64,000 nucleotides of DNA, taken from IMG/VR virus record IMGVR_UViG_3300009431_000002, positions 137,922-201,921 of that record; one strand, 5' to 3'. Shown in pieces: positions 61,708 to 64,000 of this stretch. A program made the translations under genes and the position numbers. This DNA comes from a virus (lineage: Duplodnaviria; Caudoviricetes). Positions within the stretch are counted from its first letter, which is position 1, and every line of letters begins with the position of its first letter. A model generated the notes under the pieces. That model did not search any database. It had not been told where the DNA came from and saw nothing but the letters and a program-made list of their open reading frames with translations.

Positions 61708-62730
61708 CTACGCGGTCTTGAGGGCGAGGCCGTCGGAGTCGTCGGCGAAGTGGACGTAGGTGTCCGTGCCGTCCTCGAAGTCGTCCTCGTTGGCCAGGCC
61801 GGCCGGAGCCCAGAACAACAGCGGCAGCGTGCCAGGGTGGTAGTCGCCTGTGGCGGTCATCAGCACGATGGGCGCCAGCGGCACATTGCCGGCGATCAGC
61901 GCCTCGGGGATGTTGTCCATCCACTCCAACTCGGTGTCGGTGTACTCGGTGGCGCTGTGCAGCGAGTAGGGTGTGGCCGACATGAGCACACCGCCCGAGT
62001 CGCCCCACAACACCATCGGCTGTACGTCGCTGCCGACGATGGCGCCGGAGTCGTAGCTGTAGTCCAACGGGTCCGCGGGATCGAGGAAGATGGTACGCGC
62101 GGGGCCGTCGACGCCCACGATGAGCTTCAGCTCGCCGACGCCGGCGACCGGGGTGTCCGACTGGTTCATCAACCAGAGGTACTGGCCCGCCTCGAACTTG
62201 GTGAAGTCCGTGCCGGCGGCGAGATAGATCATGTCGTCGCCGGCCTCGTTGTAGCCAGACGACGGGGCGCCGACGATGTAGGCGCGTCCAGACCGCTGCT
62301 CCGGCTCGGAGCGGTCCACCTTGCCGCCGTAGAACTTGTTGTAGACCCCGCCGCCGACGTCGGCAACGATGGCCACCTGCTCGGCCGTGGCGGTGATCCA
62401 CACGTCGCAAGGGGTCTCGAGCTGGATGCAGGTGGTCCCGGTGTCGTCCCCGAGCTCGTCGTAGCCCACGCTCGCGGAGTCGTCCCACCACGAGTAGGCC
62501 CGGAAGTGGACCTGCTTGGTCGTCAGGTCGTGGGTGGCGCGCAGGAACAGAGCCTCGTAGCCGTCGTCGCCGTTGCTGAAGTACACCCGGTCCTGCTCGT
62601 CTGCGTCGCCGTCGACCTCCTCCCACAGCGTCCACCCCGCGGCCAGCAGCGTGGCGTGGAGCCCGTTGGCGGCCTCGATGAAGTTGTTGACCGTGGCGAA
62701 GGTCTGGTCGGCGACGGATACGAGCGGCAT
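61708..62730 (-). CDS. Virion structural (tail) protein, 340 aa
   Basis: Acidic beta-rich; GLHATLLAAGWTLW N-terminal pattern seen in phage tail proteins. Confidence 0.55.
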   Translation of the reverse strand: MPLVSVADQTFATVNNFIEAANGLHATLLAAGWTLWEEVDGDADEQDRVYFSNGDDGYEALFLRATHDLTTKQVHFRAYSWWDDSASVGYDELGDDTGTTCIQLETPCDVWITATAEQVAIVADVGGGVYNKFYGGKVDRSEPEQRSGRAYIVGAPSSGYNEAGDDMIYLAAGTDFTKFEAGQYLWLMNQSDTPVAGVGELKLIVGVDGPARTIFLDPADPLDYSYDSGAIVGSDVQPMVLWGDSGGVLMSATPYSLHSATEYTDTELEWMDNIPEALIAGNVPLAPIVLMTATGDYHPGTLPLLFWAPAGLANEDDFEDGTDTYVHFADDSDGLALKTA

Positions 62731-62733
62731 GGT

Positions 62734-63054
62734 CTACTCCTCGGTGGGCGGCTCCTCGGGCTCCGGTGCCGGCGGGTTCTGGCCCGTGCCGACCTGCTGG
62801 CGGAGCATCAGGGTGCCCGTCCGCGGGTCGTATTGGTACTGCGAGATGTCGTGACCCAGCTTGTGGCTGAGCCGGCCCATGGTGATGGCCTGGGCCCGCA
62901 TCTCCTCCTGCAGCGCCCGGTTGGCGTCGTCGACGGCGCGCGACGAAAGCTGCATCCGAAGCTGGCTGTTCTCCAGCTCCAAGGCGTCGGACCGCTCCAG
63001 CTTGATGGTCGCCGGCGGGGTCTCAGGGTTGTTCGTGGGGGTCGCGTCGGACAT
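62734..63054 (-). CDS. Small coiled-coil protein, 106 aa
   Basis: SD GAGGAG; heptad region. Confidence 0.65.
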   Translation of the reverse strand: MSDATPTNNPETPPATIKLERSDALELENSQLRMQLSSRAVDDANRALQEEMRAQAITMGRLSHKLGHDISQYQYDPRTGTLMLRQQVGTGQNPPAPEPEEPPTEE

Positions 63055-63063
63055 GGGTTCTCC

Positions 63064-63294
63064 TCATCTACCGAGTAGCAGGTTGACCTCCTGGATCAGG
63101 AAGGGTTCGGCGCTGCTGATAGTAGCAAGGCTGAGGTCCGCTGATCCACTGATTCCCTCCCGCACCTCCTTGAGGTAGGCCACGTCGTCATCGATCCGTG
63201 CGATCTCCTTGTCGTAGTAGTCCGTCCACGCCTGCTCCAGCGCGTCCAGTGCTTCGTCTCGGGTCATCGGCTCTGTCACCAGCCCGGGTCCCAC
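63064..63294 (-). CDS. Small acidic hypothetical protein, 76 aa
   Basis: Overlaps sigma stop by 19 nt; GC3-rich. Confidence 0.6.
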   Translation of the reverse strand: MGPGLVTEPMTRDEALDALEQAWTDYYDKEIARIDDDVAYLKEVREGISGSADLSLATISSAEPFLIQEVNLLLGR

Positions 63295-64000
63295 CGCTGT
63301 GCCTTCGCCGCGATCCGCTTGCGGATGCGCGAGACCTTGGAGTCCGACCAGCCCATCTTCTTGGCGATCCGCGTCGCGGACGTCGCCTGCTTGCCACCGG
63401 TGCCGAGCAGGTGCTCGTAGACCGTCAGCTCGTCAGGGGTGAGCTCGAAACGCAGGAACTCCAGCATCTCCTGGTCCTTGCTCGGGATGATGGAGGTGGG
63501 GTCGTCCTTGAACCCGGAGGATGGGAGGTCCTTGTGGGACAGCTCCGCCTGCATGCGGCCGACCTCATCCTGGTTCCACCCCAAGCGGTCCGCCAGTTCC
63601 GACGACGTCGGCTCCCTGCCGAGCTGCTGGTCGAGCTCGAACTGGGTGGTCTTGAACTTGCCGATGTCGTAGCTGCGCGTCTCCGGGATGCGACCGACGT
63701 TCTGGTACTTGTTCACGAACCTCTGCGCCGACCGCATGTAGTGGTGGACGAAGGTGGACAGCTTCGTGCCGCGGTTGGGGTCGTACCGGCGCAGGGCGCG
63801 CAGGAACTGCTGGTTGAACTCGGCCTCGACGGCCGCCGGCGGCAGCGGCGTGCGCTGCTGGAACATGCGGACCCGCTTGCCGATCAACGACTGCATGGAG
63901 TCGAGGAGGGGCTGGAACTTCGTCGGGTCCTCGCCGGAGTTCTTCCAGTCCCAGTACATCTCCATCTCCTCACGCTGCTTCTGCGTGAGGGGCTTCTTGG
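63276..64000 (-). CDS. RNA polymerase sigma factor, group 3 (FliA/WhiG/SigF-like); frame open to window edge
   Basis: Region 2 RALRRYDPNRGTKLSTF, region 3 ELDQQLGREPTSSELADRLGW, region 4 HTH IAKKMGWSDSKVSRIRKR; upstream of ATG 63965 the frame stays open (KKPLTQKQREE). Confidence 0.88.
   Translation of the reverse strand, partial: KKPLTQKQREEMEMYWDWKNSGEDPTKFQPLLDSMQSLIGKRVRMFQQRTPLPPAAVEAEFNQQFLRALRRYDPNRGTKLSTFVHHYMRSAQRFVNKYQNVGRIPETRSYDIGKFKTTQFELDQQLGREPTSSELADRLGWNQDEVGRMQAELSHKDLPSSGFKDDPTSIIPSKDQEMLEFLRFELTPDELTVYEHLLGTGGKQATSATRIAKKMGWSDSKVSRIRKRIAAKAQRWDPGW

Noticed and set aside
1-64000. tRNA, rRNA, CRISPR array, integrase/transposase, reverse transcriptase or DGR
   Set aside because: None recognised; intergenic gaps are too short for such RNAs and no TR/VR pair was noticed. 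A tRNAscan/Infernal run would be needed to be certain.

Overview
This window is a piece of a large, high-GC (roughly 68-70% by eye) contractile-tailed dsDNA phage genome read in the standard bacterial code; no cellular housekeeping genes are seen. Minus-strand operons hold virion genes (spike, portal-like protein, gp25-like and BplJ/gp6-like baseplate proteins, giant tail proteins), a single-polypeptide beta-beta' RNA polymerase (2048 aa) and a group-3-like sigma factor. Two plus-strand operons (10980-12266, 17347-34208) hold replication/recombination genes (SF2 helicase, UDG, DnaB, DnaG, gp32-like SSB, PolA, HU, RecA, resolvases, Cas4-like nuclease) and many Zn-finger proteins. It resembles the multi-subunit-RNAP-encoding Caudovirales (mReC; Weinheimer and Aylward 2020); that assignment is from memory, not from a search. 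Main signals: (1) the fused RNAP has zero cysteines, has lost both beta' zinc sites and lies in a virion operon, suggesting a packaged and ejected enzyme; (2) both plus-strand operons start with the same bipartite motif AGTGCAA-N16/17-GGYAYAAG, which overlaps back-to-back sigma70-type promoters of the virion operons; (3) a 13-bp palindrome CGACACWGTGTCG recurs four times at about 15-17 kb spacing, three times inside genes; (4) several virion-operon proteins share an F-x-D-E-L-x-K-x-A leader or dense K-x-A sites, a candidate capsid-targeting/protease signal.
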